Assembly: GCA_003552075.1 (NCBI GenBank)
Contig: PUOJ01000050.1
Coordinates: forward strand, 1 to 52,298
Reading direction: 5' to 3'
Length of the DNA: 52,298 bases
DNA from: Bacteroidales bacterium
GTDB taxonomy: Bacteria; Bacteroidota; Bacteroidia; Bacteroidales; UBA7960
Shown: in pieces, positions 9,607-20,054 of the stretch
How positions within the stretch are numbered: position 1 is the first letter of the stretch
How the letters are laid out: each line of letters opens with the position of its first letter
Program-made: the position numbers and the translations under genes
The notes under the pieces: model-generated
What the model was told of the DNA's origin: nothing
Databases searched by the model: none
The model's input: only the letters and a program-made list of their open reading frames with translations

Positions 9607-10302
9607 TCAGTCTGTAATGGCCAGTGTGGCAATCCACACTTTTACGCCCGGCACTTGCAGCAGGCTATTGGCGCAGGCCTCCAGGGTGGCACCGGTGGTG
9701 ACCACGTCATCAACAAGCAGCACATGCTGGTTTGCAAGTGCTGCTTCGTCTGTCACTCGGAAGCCCTGGGACACGTTCTCCCAACGGTGGAAGCGGTCCT
9801 TTTTTGTTTGTGTGGCGGTTTCTTCCATCCGCACGAGGAGGTCGCTGCGGGAGGGGATTTGCAGCACGTCTGTCAGACCTCTGCAAATGATTTCGCTCTG
9901 ATTGAATCCGCGGGCACGCGCCTTTGCAGGATGCAGGGGTACGGGGATCATCATGTGGAGGTCCTTATAGTGTGGCGATTTTTTCAGCGACAAGCCAAGC
10001 AGGCCGCCCAAGTATTCGCCAAGTTTGAGGTTTCCGCGGTATTTGAACTGGTGTATGGCTTGCTGCACCAGTCCACCTTTCTGAAAATAATACAATGCCG
10101 TGCCGGTCTCCAGCTGCAAGCGCCCCCAGAATCTGCGGACCAGGGGGTTGTCGGCTTGCATGCAAAAGCCCGTTCGTGGCATGGCCACACGGCAAAAACC
10201 ACAAAGGTGCTTTTCGCCACCGAAAAGCACACACCGGCAGGCGCAACAGGTCTGCGGATAGATCAGCGAAAAAAAAGCATGTAGCGTGTCGCGAAAGCCC
10301 AT
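9607..10302 (-). CDS. comF: ComF family protein (zinc ribbon plus phosphoribosyltransferase domain)
   Basis: CCAC..LCGFC, PVPLHP..RGFNQS and LLVDDVVTTGATL; start taken at ATG 10302. Confidence 0.9.
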   Translation of the reverse strand: MGFRDTLHAFFSLIYPQTCCACRCVLFGGEKHLCGFCRVAMPRTGFCMQADNPLVRRFWGRLQLETGTALYYFQKGGLVQQAIHQFKYRGNLKLGEYLGGLLGLSLKKSPHYKDLHMMIPVPLHPAKARARGFNQSEIICRGLTDVLQIPSRSDLLVRMEETATQTKKDRFHRWENVSQGFRVTDEAALANQHVLLVDDVVTTGATLEACANSLLQVPGVKVWIATLAITD

Positions 10303-10575
10303 GGAAAAAAGCAAAAAGAATCCGTGAATTTTGTATAAATTTGCATGGCTTTTTATGTTCCGGCAATAAAAACCGGGCAAAAAACAGCACCAGCGACCCT
10401 AATTGCAAATTTAGCAAAAAAATTTGTTTTTTTGTCTTAATTTTGCAAGGGCGACCACCGGGCATCGCCACAGCCATCGTACAAAACAAACGGCGTGGCG
10501 GCCGGTACGATACCAGTAAAACTGGTTACGGACTTGTTTTTATCATTGTATTCACCCTTAATTTTTTAAATCAAT

Positions 10576-11502
10576 ATGGACAATAATCAGGTTCAGGGCC
10601 AGCAGGGCACTGACAAAAAACAGAAGAACGACAAGATCGTCCGCACAGTCGTTTGGATCCTTGGGGCGCTGGTGATCCTTTTTGGAGTGCTATGGTTCAC
10701 CACGCACCGATCATTGCAGGAAGTCCGCCACGAGCGCGAGGTCATGGTGGAACGCAATTACGGCCTTCAGCTGGAGCTGGACTCCATTCTCGACGATTAT
10801 CACAACACCAGAATGGAGTATGACAGCATTCTAACTGAACAAGACAGCATCATACAGGCCAACGCAGATGAAATACAGAACCTGATTGCCCGCCAGGCAG
10901 ACTATTATCGTATCCGGAGGCAGTTGTCTCAGCTTCAGGAGATTACACAGCAGTACGTGCAGGAGATGGATAGCTTGTATGCGGAAAACAAGGTGCTGCG
11001 TGAAGAAAACGTGCAGATGCGCGAGGAGATACAGCAGGTACAGCGCCGCACCACCGAGCTTACAGAAGACAAGCAACAGCTGGAGTCCCAGGTAGAAATG
11101 GCTTCCGGCTTGCGTGCCTATGAGATTGAAACAACCCCGTTCCGCATCCGTGGCAGGGGCCGGGAGACGGAAACAGACCGGGCCCGCAGGGTTGAACAGC
11201 TGCGCGTATGTTTCGTGATTGGAGAAAACCCCATTACCCCTGCGGGAGAATACAATGCCTACATGCGCATTGCAGACCCGGCTGGTAACATTTTAAGGCT
11301 CAGTGATGGCATGTCTCATGCATTCATTCACCATGGCGACACCCTGCAGTTTTCTGTAAAAGAGCCGTTTACATACGAAAACAGGGCAAAGAGACAATGC
11401 CTTACCTGGGAACGCACAGCAGAGTTTGAGCCTGGCACCTACTCCATTGCCCTGTTTACCGAAGAGTATCGCCTTGGCGAAACAGCCCTGACATTGCGCT
11501 AG
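10576..11502 (+). CDS. Membrane-anchored coiled-coil hypothetical protein
   Basis: One N-terminal TM helix, a long heptad-rich region and a beta-rich C-terminal domain; TAATTTTG promoter element at 10438-10445. Confidence 0.8.
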   Translation: MDNNQVQGQQGTDKKQKNDKIVRTVVWILGALVILFGVLWFTTHRSLQEVRHEREVMVERNYGLQLELDSILDDYHNTRMEYDSILTEQDSIIQANADEIQNLIARQADYYRIRRQLSQLQEITQQYVQEMDSLYAENKVLREENVQMREEIQQVQRRTTELTEDKQQLESQVEMASGLRAYEIETTPFRIRGRGRETETDRARRVEQLRVCFVIGENPITPAGEYNAYMRIADPAGNILRLSDGMSHAFIHHGDTLQFSVKEPFTYENRAKRQCLTWERTAEFEPGTYSIALFTEEYRLGETALTLR

Positions 11503-11824
11503 TGTCGTGTCAGTGCTGCTGTGACGCATAAGTCGCAGCGTTTTTTTCTCAGCTCGCAAAAGAAAAGCCATACATGGCATGAGCTATCTAAGCGAGTTGT
11601 TTTGCAGCGCTGAGAAAAAAGATAAAGCCCTGGGCTGGCTAAATCAGCGTTGACATGACACCAGTGTCGCGCCAATGCTACGGTGTTGGTTTTTTTCACA
11701 GAGGTTGATCTCCGCTTCATACAGAGAGGCGCGCATGGCATTGGCCATGTAAGGCTTTTATTCTTCTGGGATGAGGGAAAAGATCAAGCCCTGGGCCGGC
11801 TAAGGCAGCGTTGACATGACACGA
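11499..11824. mobile_element. Two tandem ~160-bp MITE/REP-like palindromic units
   Basis: Units 11502-11661 and 11664-11822 each run GTGTC...GACAC with imperfect 18-bp terminal inverted repeats; their right ends share a 45-bp direct repeat. Confidence 0.55.
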
Positions 11825-11869
11825 GCCAAAAACCAACAGCCAACAATTTGACATTTAGACGTTTTTGAT

Positions 11870-12979
11870 ATGAAGGATACCATGAGAAAAAGAGTGTTGA
11901 TCGCCACCGGCGGTGGTGATTGCCCCGGACTAAACGCCGTGATACGCGCCGTAGTGATGCGCGCCTCACAGGAACGTGACTGGGAGGTCGTAGGCAGCAT
12001 CAATGCCTTCGACGGGGTGTTGAATGAACCCAACGAGATCGTCATCCTCGACGAAAAGGAGGTTGCCGGTGTACATATACGCGGAGGTACAATCATTGGC
12101 ACCACCAACAAAGGAGGCCCGTTTGCCTGGCCCATCAAGAACAAGGATGGATCCTGGGGCTCTGCAGACCGCTCAGACGAAATGATGCGCCGATTGCAGT
12201 ATCTTGGTGTAGACGCCGTGATCAATATTGGTGGAGATGGCTCTCAACAAATCTCACAAAAGCTTTTTGAAAAAGGCTGCAACATCATTGGGGTACCGAA
12301 AACCATCGACAATGACCTGTCGGCCACGGATTTTACCTTCGGGTTTCAGACGGCCGTGCAGGAGGCCACCACCGCTGTTGACAAGCTGGTGACTACTGCG
12401 GCCAGCCATAACAGGGTGTTTGTCCTGGAGGTCATGGGACGCTACGCCGGCTGGATCGGCCTGCACGCCGCCGTGGCGGGTGGTGCCGATGTGTGCCTGA
12501 TCCCCGAGATCCCTTATGACCTTGAAGCGGTGAAAGAAAAGATCTATTCCCGGTTCAATCGCGGCCGGGGATATGCCATCATTGTGATCGCAGAGGGTGC
12601 CAAGCCCAAGGATGGCGACCTGCATTATAAGGAGAGCGAGGAGATCGGCTACGACAAGGTGCGTCTTGGCGGCGTGGCTTCCAAGCTGATTGCAGAGCTG
12701 AAAAATGCCGGTCTCGAGACCGACATGCGCGAAACCGTGCTGGGTCACCTCCAGCGTGGGGGCACCCCCATCGCTTACGACAGGATCCTGGCCACCCAGT
12801 TTGGTGTAGAAGCCTTCGAGATGGTCCTTCGCGAAGAGTTCGGCAAGATGGTCGCCTACAGGCACCCAAATATCGTCAGCGTGCCGTTCAGCGAAGCCAT
12901 CAGCCATTATAACTTCGTAAACCCCGACTCTGACCTGATCAAGTCGGCCCGGGGCGTGGGTATCTGCATGGGCGACTAA
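11870..12979 (+). CDS. pfkA: 6-phosphofructokinase (group III type, probably ATP-dependent)
   Basis: TGGGDCPGLN, IGGDGS (Gly at the specificity position), PKTIDND, EVMGR and LGHLQRGG; alternative start at 11882. Confidence 0.95.
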   Translation: MKDTMRKRVLIATGGGDCPGLNAVIRAVVMRASQERDWEVVGSINAFDGVLNEPNEIVILDEKEVAGVHIRGGTIIGTTNKGGPFAWPIKNKDGSWGSADRSDEMMRRLQYLGVDAVINIGGDGSQQISQKLFEKGCNIIGVPKTIDNDLSATDFTFGFQTAVQEATTAVDKLVTTAASHNRVFVLEVMGRYAGWIGLHAAVAGGADVCLIPEIPYDLEAVKEKIYSRFNRGRGYAIIVIAEGAKPKDGDLHYKESEEIGYDKVRLGGVASKLIAELKNAGLETDMRETVLGHLQRGGTPIAYDRILATQFGVEAFEMVLREEFGKMVAYRHPNIVSVPFSEAISHYNFVNPDSDLIKSARGVGICMGD

Positions 12980-13138
12980 TGGCCTTGCCCCCTTTTCCAA
13001 TGCTCCGGAACAGCCTTTTGCCTCCCCGGGCGGATGCCTGAAGCGGAAAGTCCGGAACCCGGAAATGGCTCAATGACAAGCGGAAGCCTCCCCCTTTGGC
13101 GGCGTTCCTGCATTTTCTTAACGTAAAAGTGGGATTTT

Positions 13139-15631
13139 GTGTCGACACGCCTGACCCGATATGCGGATGTTCTGCTGCCTTTGCCGCTGAAGGGCTGCTT
13201 TACCTATCGTGTGCCCTTTGAGCTGAATGACAGGATTCGGCCAGGCCAGCGAGCTGTTGTGCCGTTTGGGCGCAACAAGGTGTATGCTGCCCTTGTTCGC
13301 CGGTTGCATGAAGACCCTCCAGGCTCCGTCCGCACCAAATATATCCACCAGCTGCTCGACGACGCACCAGTCGTCACGGAGCAACAGTTTGCCTTCTGGG
13401 ATTGGGTTGCTGAATACTATATGTGTACGGCCGGGGACGTGATGTCTGCTGCGCTGCCGCCTGCGATGAAGCTGGCCGGAGAAACCCGCATCACCCTCAA
13501 CCCGGCGGCAAGGCCCGAACTGCACACGCTCAATGAAAAAGAGCAGTCCCTGATGGAAGCGCTCGCTAAAAAGGGGCAGGTCACCCTTTCAGAAGCAGCC
13601 AAAACGGCTTCTTTGCCCAAGGTGCTCCCGCTCATCAAGGCGATGATGGAAAAAGGGCTGATCATCACCAAAGAGGAGCTTGAAAACCCCTGGCGCCCGC
13701 GGCTTGTGAAACACGTCCGCCTGACAAAAGCCTGGGCCAGCGAACCAAAGATAGAGGAGCTTTTCAATTACGCGGAGCAAAAGGCCCCGCGCCAGCTTGA
13801 GGTCTTGATGCGCTATATCAGCCAGGCCAAAAGCCTTGAAAAACGACCTGAAATCAGCCAGCAGTCCCTCACCAACAAGGTCAAGGGAGGGCATGCCGCC
13901 CTGCAGGCGCTGGTGAAAAAAGGGGTTTTTGACATTACTGAAAAGGAACTCAGCTACTTCGACCACCTGCAGGTGCAGGACAAGGAGGTTACCCTGAACA
14001 TACACCAGGAAAAAGCCATGGCTGAGGTGAGGAAGGGCCTTGAGGACAAGCAGGTGGTGCTGTTGCACGGGGTGACCTCAAGCGGGAAAACAGAGCTTTA
14101 CATCAAGCTGATCCGGGAAACATTGGCGCGGGGCGAGCAGGTGCTTTACCTGCTTCCTGAGATTGCGCTAACCACCCAGATCATCCGCAAGCTGCAGCAT
14201 CACTTTGGCACCAGGGCCGGAATCTACCACTCGCGGTTCAACCCCATGGAGCGCGTGGAAGTGTGGAATAACCTCTTGCAGGGTGGCATCCAAAGTGGCG
14301 GAGAGCTTATTCGATATGATCTCGTCCTGGGGCCTCGTTCAGCGGTCTTTCTGCCATTCCGCAAGCTGGGTCTGATCATCGTGGATGAAGAACACGAGTC
14401 GGGGTACAAGCAGCATGACCCGGCGCCCCGTTATCACGCGCGGGATGCGGCCATTTACCTGGCCTCGATGCACGGCGCCAGGGTCTTGCTGGGGTCTGCC
14501 ACGCCTTCGCTGGAGGTGTTCTCCAACGCCCAAAGCGGCAAGTTCGGGTATGCCGGTATTGAAAAAAGGCATGGCGAGGTGATGATGCCCGAGGTGCACG
14601 TAGCCAACCTGCGGCACGATAAGCGGGGCAAGGCGATGAAGTCCCACTTTTCGCACCTGTTGTTCAAAAGCATGGAAGAGGCCTTGCAGGATGGGGAACA
14701 GGTGATCCTTTTCCAAAACCGTCGCGGGTTCTCCCCCCGGCTGGAGTGCAATGTCTGCCAGTGGCTTCCGGAGTGCCACCAGTGCGATGTCACGCTGGTA
14801 TATCATAAAAAGATCAACAGGCTCAAATGTCACTATTGTGGACATACCACGGCACCACCAGCCACCTGTCCGTCGTGCACCTCGCCAGCCATCAGGATGA
14901 TTGGCTTTGGTACGGAAAAGATCGAAGAAGAGTTGCCCCTGTTCTTTCCTGATGCCCACATTGCCAGGATGGACCTTGACACCACGCGGTCCAGACACGC
15001 CTGGCGCCGGATCATAGAGGACTTTGAGGCAGGCCGTACCGACATCCTGGTGGGCACGCAGATGGTGAGTAAGGGCCTGGATTTTGACAATGTGGGCGTG
15101 GTTGGCATCCTGAATGCGGACAACATGCTCAACTTTCCTGATTTTCGTGCCCACGAAAGGGCTTTTCAGCTGATGGCGCAGGTCAGCGGCCGTGCCGGTA
15201 GGCACAAAAAACGGGGCAAGGTCATCATCCAGTCGCACAACCCCGGCCATCCCATCATCAAACAGGTACAGGAAAACGATTATGCCGGCATGTACCGGCA
15301 GCAGGTCGCAGAGCGCAGGGAGTTTAACTACCCGCCTTACACCCGCCTCATCAAAGTAAGCCTGATGCATTCGCGCGAAGACTACCTCGACGATGCAGCC
15401 AGGGAGCTCACCACGCGCTTTAGCAAGGCCTTCCCCGGGAAGGTCCTGGGGCCGGAGTACCCCCTGGTGTCGCGGGTACGCAACCAGTACATCAAGAACA
15501 CGCTGATCAAACTGCGCCGCAGTCCCTCCTTGCCTTCCGAAAAACAAAAACTTCGCGACCTGGCCGATCGCTTCCAGGAAGAAAGCAGGTGGAAAGCCAT
15601 CAAGGTGGTATTTCACGTGGACCCTTTGTAG
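13139..15631 (+). CDS. priA: Primosomal protein N' (replication restart helicase)
   Basis: GVTSSGKT, DEEH, CxxC zinc motifs, QVSGRAGR and YPPY. Confidence 0.96.
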   Translation: MSTRLTRYADVLLPLPLKGCFTYRVPFELNDRIRPGQRAVVPFGRNKVYAALVRRLHEDPPGSVRTKYIHQLLDDAPVVTEQQFAFWDWVAEYYMCTAGDVMSAALPPAMKLAGETRITLNPAARPELHTLNEKEQSLMEALAKKGQVTLSEAAKTASLPKVLPLIKAMMEKGLIITKEELENPWRPRLVKHVRLTKAWASEPKIEELFNYAEQKAPRQLEVLMRYISQAKSLEKRPEISQQSLTNKVKGGHAALQALVKKGVFDITEKELSYFDHLQVQDKEVTLNIHQEKAMAEVRKGLEDKQVVLLHGVTSSGKTELYIKLIRETLARGEQVLYLLPEIALTTQIIRKLQHHFGTRAGIYHSRFNPMERVEVWNNLLQGGIQSGGELIRYDLVLGPRSAVFLPFRKLGLIIVDEEHESGYKQHDPAPRYHARDAAIYLASMHGARVLLGSATPSLEVFSNAQSGKFGYAGIEKRHGEVMMPEVHVANLRHDKRGKAMKSHFSHLLFKSMEEALQDGEQVILFQNRRGFSPRLECNVCQWLPECHQCDVTLVYHKKINRLKCHYCGHTTAPPATCPSCTSPAIRMIGFGTEKIEEELPLFFPDAHIARMDLDTTRSRHAWRRIIEDFEAGRTDILVGTQMVSKGLDFDNVGVVGILNADNMLNFPDFRAHERAFQLMAQVSGRAGRHKKRGKVIIQSHNPGHPIIKQVQENDYAGMYRQQVAERREFNYPPYTRLIKVSLMHSREDYLDDAARELTTRFSKAFPGKVLGPEYPLVSRVRNQYIKNTLIKLRRSPSLPSEKQKLRDLADRFQEESRWKAIKVVFHVDPL

Positions 15632-15922
15632 GGGTCTGCATACGGCAAGGAGACCGAAGCCCCCCCTGCCATTTCGCCCAACCGGAGCTGGGAATCAACA
15701 CAGGCGCGGCGTCATCCAGCCTGAACAAAAAGCATGTAACGTACATGCCAAAGAACTGGTAAACAGAAAGGTAATTGTTGTCAGTGGGCGCACAGCGCAA
15801 GAAGGCTTTTGGCTATTGCCATTGATCATTCATAAGAAAGCCAAAAGCCATCCTGTTGAAAACAGCACAAATTTCGTAAAACCGGGGGGTTGCGAAAACA
15901 CAAACAAGCGGTCATGCCGGGG

Positions 15923-16216
15923 TCAGTGTTCTTCCGTGATGATGTAGACGTCTTCTCCTTCTCTTTTCATCAGGTATTTTTCCCGGGCATAGCGTTCGAG
16001 GGCGTCGGGGTCGCTCTGCAGCCGGTCGATCGCCATGCTGTCGCGGCGGATCTCTTCCAGGTAAAACTCCTGTTGTCGCCGAAGGTCGTAGATCTCCCGC
16101 TGCAGGCGCCAATGCTGAATAAGGCTGTAGTTGTCGAAGAAAAGTAACCACACGAACACCACGATCAGGGCGATCACGTATTTGTTGCGCAAGATGGGGG
16201 GGATTCCTGACCACAT
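15923..16216 (-). CDS. Septum formation initiator (FtsB/DivIC family)
   Basis: RNKY, a TM helix and FFD, then a coiled coil and LERYAREKYLMKREGEDVY. Confidence 0.85.
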   Translation of the reverse strand: MWSGIPPILRNKYVIALIVVFVWLLFFDNYSLIQHWRLQREIYDLRRQQEFYLEEIRRDSMAIDRLQSDPDALERYAREKYLMKREGEDVYIITEEH

Positions 16217-16247
16217 AGGCTTCCGGGCTTTTTACAAAGGTAAGGAA

Positions 16248-16976
16248 TTAAGAATAGAGTCCCTTTACCCTGGGTTTGCCTGCCACAAAATTTTTTAGGT
16301 AAAACGGTTCAAAGTAGGCCAGGTCTTCAAACTGCCGGGTGGCAAAGCGCTTTTCTGCTTCCGGCGCCATGCCGCGAACGCTGGCGTGCACGCCATCGAC
16401 ATGCTGCAGATTTGGAGACATCAGCACGTCGCGGCATTTTGCGGCACCATCCCCAAAATAAATGATCTTCGCCTCACGGAGGGCCTCTTCATGCAGGCTC
16501 TTTTCATCCATCACTTCTGCCCGGGTTGCTCTCACCGGATGCAAGGCCCTGTCGAAAAGGGCATAATAGACCTCCATACGGCGCGCATCAATCATCGGAC
16601 AAAACAAGGTTTTTCCGGGTGCCGGGGGAATCACGCCATGGGTGTCGGAAAGGTGCGCAATGCCGGTGGCTGCCAGCGCCTTCATCGTGTCTATGGCCAG
16701 GAGGGGAATGTCCTGTCCGAAACAGATACCTTTGGCCACAGATACGCCAATGCGGAGGCCGGTATAAGAGCCGGGGCCCTGGCTTACCGCCACGGCATCC
16801 AGGTCTCCGGCCTTCATCCCTGCTTCCTTTAAGGCTTCTTCAATAAAGACGGTTAATAATGCCGAGTGCGAATAGTCGGTGCTGACCTCCTCGCGGGAGG
16901 CAACCAGGTCGCCTTGGATTGCAATGCCTGCAGAACAGGCTTTGGTGGTGGATTCAATCAGCAATATGTTCGCCAT
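16248..16976 (-). CDS. tsaB: tRNA t6A biosynthesis protein TsaB
   Basis: IESTT..CS, GPGSYTGLRIG, IDARRMEVY and EPFYLK. Confidence 0.95.
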   Translation of the reverse strand: MANILLIESTTKACSAGIAIQGDLVASREEVSTDYSHSALLTVFIEEALKEAGMKAGDLDAVAVSQGPGSYTGLRIGVSVAKGICFGQDIPLLAIDTMKALAATGIAHLSDTHGVIPPAPGKTLFCPMIDARRMEVYYALFDRALHPVRATRAEVMDEKSLHEEALREAKIIYFGDGAAKCRDVLMSPNLQHVDGVHASVRGMAPEAEKRFATRQFEDLAYFEPFYLKNFVAGKPRVKGLYS

Positions 16977-16989
16977 ATGCGCATTGTGC

Positions 16990-18294
16990 TTATTGAAACA
17001 AATCCTGCCGGTCTACCCGTTTCACCTCGAGTCCTTCGCGCAGCTCCCTGGAAACCAACCGATAGGGGCCGGTTACCACCAGCTGGCCCTCTTCCAGGCC
17101 TTCCCTGATCTCGATATGCTGGTTGTCCTGAATGCCGGAGCGCACCCGTTTCATGCGCACCTTCCCGTCCTCATAGAGGAAGACCACTTCCCGCTGACGG
17201 GTTACGCTTGACCTACCTGAGTCACCCTCTTCATCCTGCGCCGCTCCTTCGCGCGTTGTGACAGCCTGGATGGGCAGGGCCAACACGTCGGTGGCCCGTT
17301 CAGTCTGAATGTCCACTGTGGCAGACATTCCCGGGCGGAATGGCGAAAGGTGCGGCCGGTCGGCACGCTGAAGGTGGCTGTAGGATTCGGGGAGCACGCG
17401 TATGCGCACCTCAAAGTTGGTCACCTGGTCGTCAGACAACATGGCGGCGTCCGCTGAGTTGGCAATAGAGGTGACCACGCCGCGGAACTCCTCCCCGAAG
17501 TAGGCGTCCACCTGGATGAATGCGGTGTCGCCTTCGTTCACCCGGATGATGTCGTTCTCATTGACATCCACCTTCACCTCCATCGCATTGAGGTTGGCAA
17601 TGCGGATGATCTCGGTGCCCGCGTATTGTTGTGTGCCCACGACCCGTTCACCGACCTCGGCGTCGAGGCGCGACACCGTGCCATCCATTGGCGCAAAAAG
17701 GTTGGTTTTGCTGAGGTTGTCGCGGGCCTCGCGGACCCCGGCCTCGGCGCTCATCATCTGATAGCGGGCGGCTTCCTCGCTCTGCTTGCTGGCTTCTACG
17801 TCAGCTTCGGCCACCCGGTATTGGGAGTAGGCGTTGTCATATTCTGATTCGGAGATGGCATTTTCGTCAAAGAGCTGCTTGTTTCGCAGATAGTTGGATC
17901 GGGCGTTGACATACTGGGCTTCGCTTTGCAGCACCCGGGCACGCGAGTTGGCCAGGTTGGCCCGTGCCTGGTTCAGGCTGGCCTCCGCACGATCGAGCAT
18001 AGACTCATAGATGTCCGGGTTGATCCTTGCCAGCAGCTGTCCCCGCTCTACGTATTCGCCTTCTTCCACGTGCAGTTCAATGATCTCTCCGGAGACATCG
18101 GGAGCCATCTTCACCTCGGTAACGGGCCGCACCCGTCCATTGGTGGTCACAATTTCGACAATTTCACGGCGTTCGGCGGCCTCCACGCTGACCCGGTAAC
18201 CATCCTGGTCGCCGCCGCAGCGACCTATGATGCTGATGAGCACCAGTACGCCAACAATGATCAGTGTGATTTTAAGCCATTTTCGTTTTTTCAT
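16990..18294 (-). CDS. Efflux periplasmic adaptor subunit (HlyD/MacA-like)
   Basis: Lipoyl-like SGEIIELHVEEG, helical hairpin, APMDGTV and RPGMSATVDI. Confidence 0.92.
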   Translation of the reverse strand: MKKRKWLKITLIIVGVLVLISIIGRCGGDQDGYRVSVEAAERREIVEIVTTNGRVRPVTEVKMAPDVSGEIIELHVEEGEYVERGQLLARINPDIYESMLDRAEASLNQARANLANSRARVLQSEAQYVNARSNYLRNKQLFDENAISESEYDNAYSQYRVAEADVEASKQSEEAARYQMMSAEAGVREARDNLSKTNLFAPMDGTVSRLDAEVGERVVGTQQYAGTEIIRIANLNAMEVKVDVNENDIIRVNEGDTAFIQVDAYFGEEFRGVVTSIANSADAAMLSDDQVTNFEVRIRVLPESYSHLQRADRPHLSPFRPGMSATVDIQTERATDVLALPIQAVTTREGAAQDEEGDSGRSSVTRQREVVFLYEDGKVRMKRVRSGIQDNQHIEIREGLEEGQLVVTGPYRLVSRELREGLEVKRVDRQDLFQ

Positions 18295-18315
18295 GGTAAG
18301 CTGGGGTGTATCTTG

Positions 18316-19752
18316 TTAATCACGTAAGGTAATGGGGTTTCCTATGTAGAAGTCCAGGATCTGCACCCTGAAGACGTATTCGTATTTGGCCTGCAAAAGC
18401 TCCGACTGGGCTGTGGTGAGCCGGTTTTTCGCATCGTTGTACTCCAGGGTGTTGACCATGCCCACATTGAAGCGTTGCTCGGTGTACCGGAAGGACTCTT
18501 CCAGGGCCTCCACGTTTTTTTCGCTCGCCTTGTAGCGTTGAAGCGCGGCATGCGCATCCTGGTGCGCCTGTTCAATGGTTTTATAGAGTTCGTCACGCAC
18601 GATCTGCCTTTGCAGGCGGGCATTTTCCAGCGATATTGTCCTCTGGCTGATGTTGCTGCGCACCTGGAAGTTATTGAAAATGGGGATTTGCAGGTTTAAC
18701 CCGACGCTGCGGTTGAGGTTTTCGTCAATCTGGTCCATGAAGGGAATCACCTGAGATTCGTAATCAAAGGTGGGCGCAAACACGGCTTCACCAGACGCAG
18801 TCTGTCCGATTTGTTGCGGGTCGGTTTCGATCACCTCAGCGATCTCCAGGCGTGCTTCAGAATACCCGGTGCCCACGCTGCCGCTGAGTGACAGGGAGGG
18901 GTAGCGTCCGCCCCTGGCGATTTCCAATCCTTTTTCGGCGCTGGCTACCTGCATGTCGGCCGACCGGATGTCGGGCTGTATACGCACGGCAGTTTCGTAG
19001 AGCTGCAAGGGGGAATAGTCTACCGTTTCACTGGGTGCAATGCCGATGTCGGGCACTTCAATGGCAAACTCGATGTCTTCACGCAAGTCAAGCAATTGCA
19101 TCAGGTCAAGATAAGCCAGGCGCAATTGGTTTTCGGCATCCACCAGCTGCAGCTCTTCCGAAGCCATCTGCGCTTCGATGTTTAGCAGGCTGCCCCGTGC
19201 CAGGGTGCCGGCATCCACCAGCTTGGCGGTACGCTCCACTTGTTGCCTGGTGATGTCCAGCTGGTTGGCGGCCACCTCCACCAGCTCTTTGCTGAAGAGG
19301 ATCTGCAGATAGGCAGAGGCCACGGCCAGGGAAATGTCGTTTTCCATGGACTCCACATCATAGCGACTGGCCTCCAAGCTATAACGATCCTGTTCGATCA
19401 GGTTACGTATCCGGAAGCCATCAAAGAGGGTCACGCCGGTGCTCATGCTGAAATTGTTGGTTTGCACACGTTCAGTGACAAACTCATTGGTGATCGGGTC
19501 CAGCGTACGACCCCAGTTGTACCGGTGGGTAGCATTTGCGTTTAGTGACGGGTAGCGGTTGGCCCGGCTCTGGCGCAGGTTTTCTTCCGCTACGTCGACG
19601 CCAAGCCGCTGCTGCTGGATGCGCAGGTTGTTCTCTTTGGCGTGGTTTACGCAGTCTTCCAGGGTCCAGACCTCAGCCTGCTGCGCGGTCAATGCCAGGG
19701 GCAGCAAGAAGGTCAAGAAGACAGTGAGGATTAGGATGTTGGATCTTTTCAT
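18316..19752 (-). CDS. TolC family outer membrane efflux protein
   Basis: Signal peptide, WTLEDCV, two OEP repeats and LQIPIFN; start taken at ATG 19752. Confidence 0.92.
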   Translation of the reverse strand: MKRSNILILTVFLTFLLPLALTAQQAEVWTLEDCVNHAKENNLRIQQQRLGVDVAEENLRQSRANRYPSLNANATHRYNWGRTLDPITNEFVTERVQTNNFSMSTGVTLFDGFRIRNLIEQDRYSLEASRYDVESMENDISLAVASAYLQILFSKELVEVAANQLDITRQQVERTAKLVDAGTLARGSLLNIEAQMASEELQLVDAENQLRLAYLDLMQLLDLREDIEFAIEVPDIGIAPSETVDYSPLQLYETAVRIQPDIRSADMQVASAEKGLEIARGGRYPSLSLSGSVGTGYSEARLEIAEVIETDPQQIGQTASGEAVFAPTFDYESQVIPFMDQIDENLNRSVGLNLQIPIFNNFQVRSNISQRTISLENARLQRQIVRDELYKTIEQAHQDAHAALQRYKASEKNVEALEESFRYTEQRFNVGMVNTLEYNDAKNRLTTAQSELLQAKYEYVFRVQILDFYIGNPITLRD

Positions 19753-20010
19753 AGGTGTATAATGTCGAAAGGTCTTAAGGGCCAAAGGTCATGGGCGCTT
19801 TATTTTGCTCTTATAGTGTGAAATAGCAACATGGGCGGGCTGGGCTACCACAACAAAACACAAAAGTAACAAAGAATTGCCGATTCCTGATTAAGTGAAC
19901 CATAAATTCATCTCTTTTGTTTATCTTTAGTGGACATAAAGATTCATATAGACAAACCGGCCCCAGGCTTCGACTTTATCCGCAGCACGATTGTCGCTTC
20001 TGGGCTATTT

Positions 20011-20050
20011 GACCTTTCGACATTCAGACATTTTGACCTTTAGACTTTTT
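20011..20050 (+). repeat. Octamer tandem array (GACNTTYN)x5
   Basis: gacctttc gacattca gacatttt gaccttta gacttttt, ending 4 nt before ATG 20055. Confidence 0.8.
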
Positions 20051-20054
20051 TCCC

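Noticed and set aside
14339-15616. 425-aa antisense ORF, and similar long shadows at 2915-3949, 26021-26995 and 46872-48140
   Set aside because: They lie opposite well-supported genes and have no recognisable motifs, as expected from codon bias
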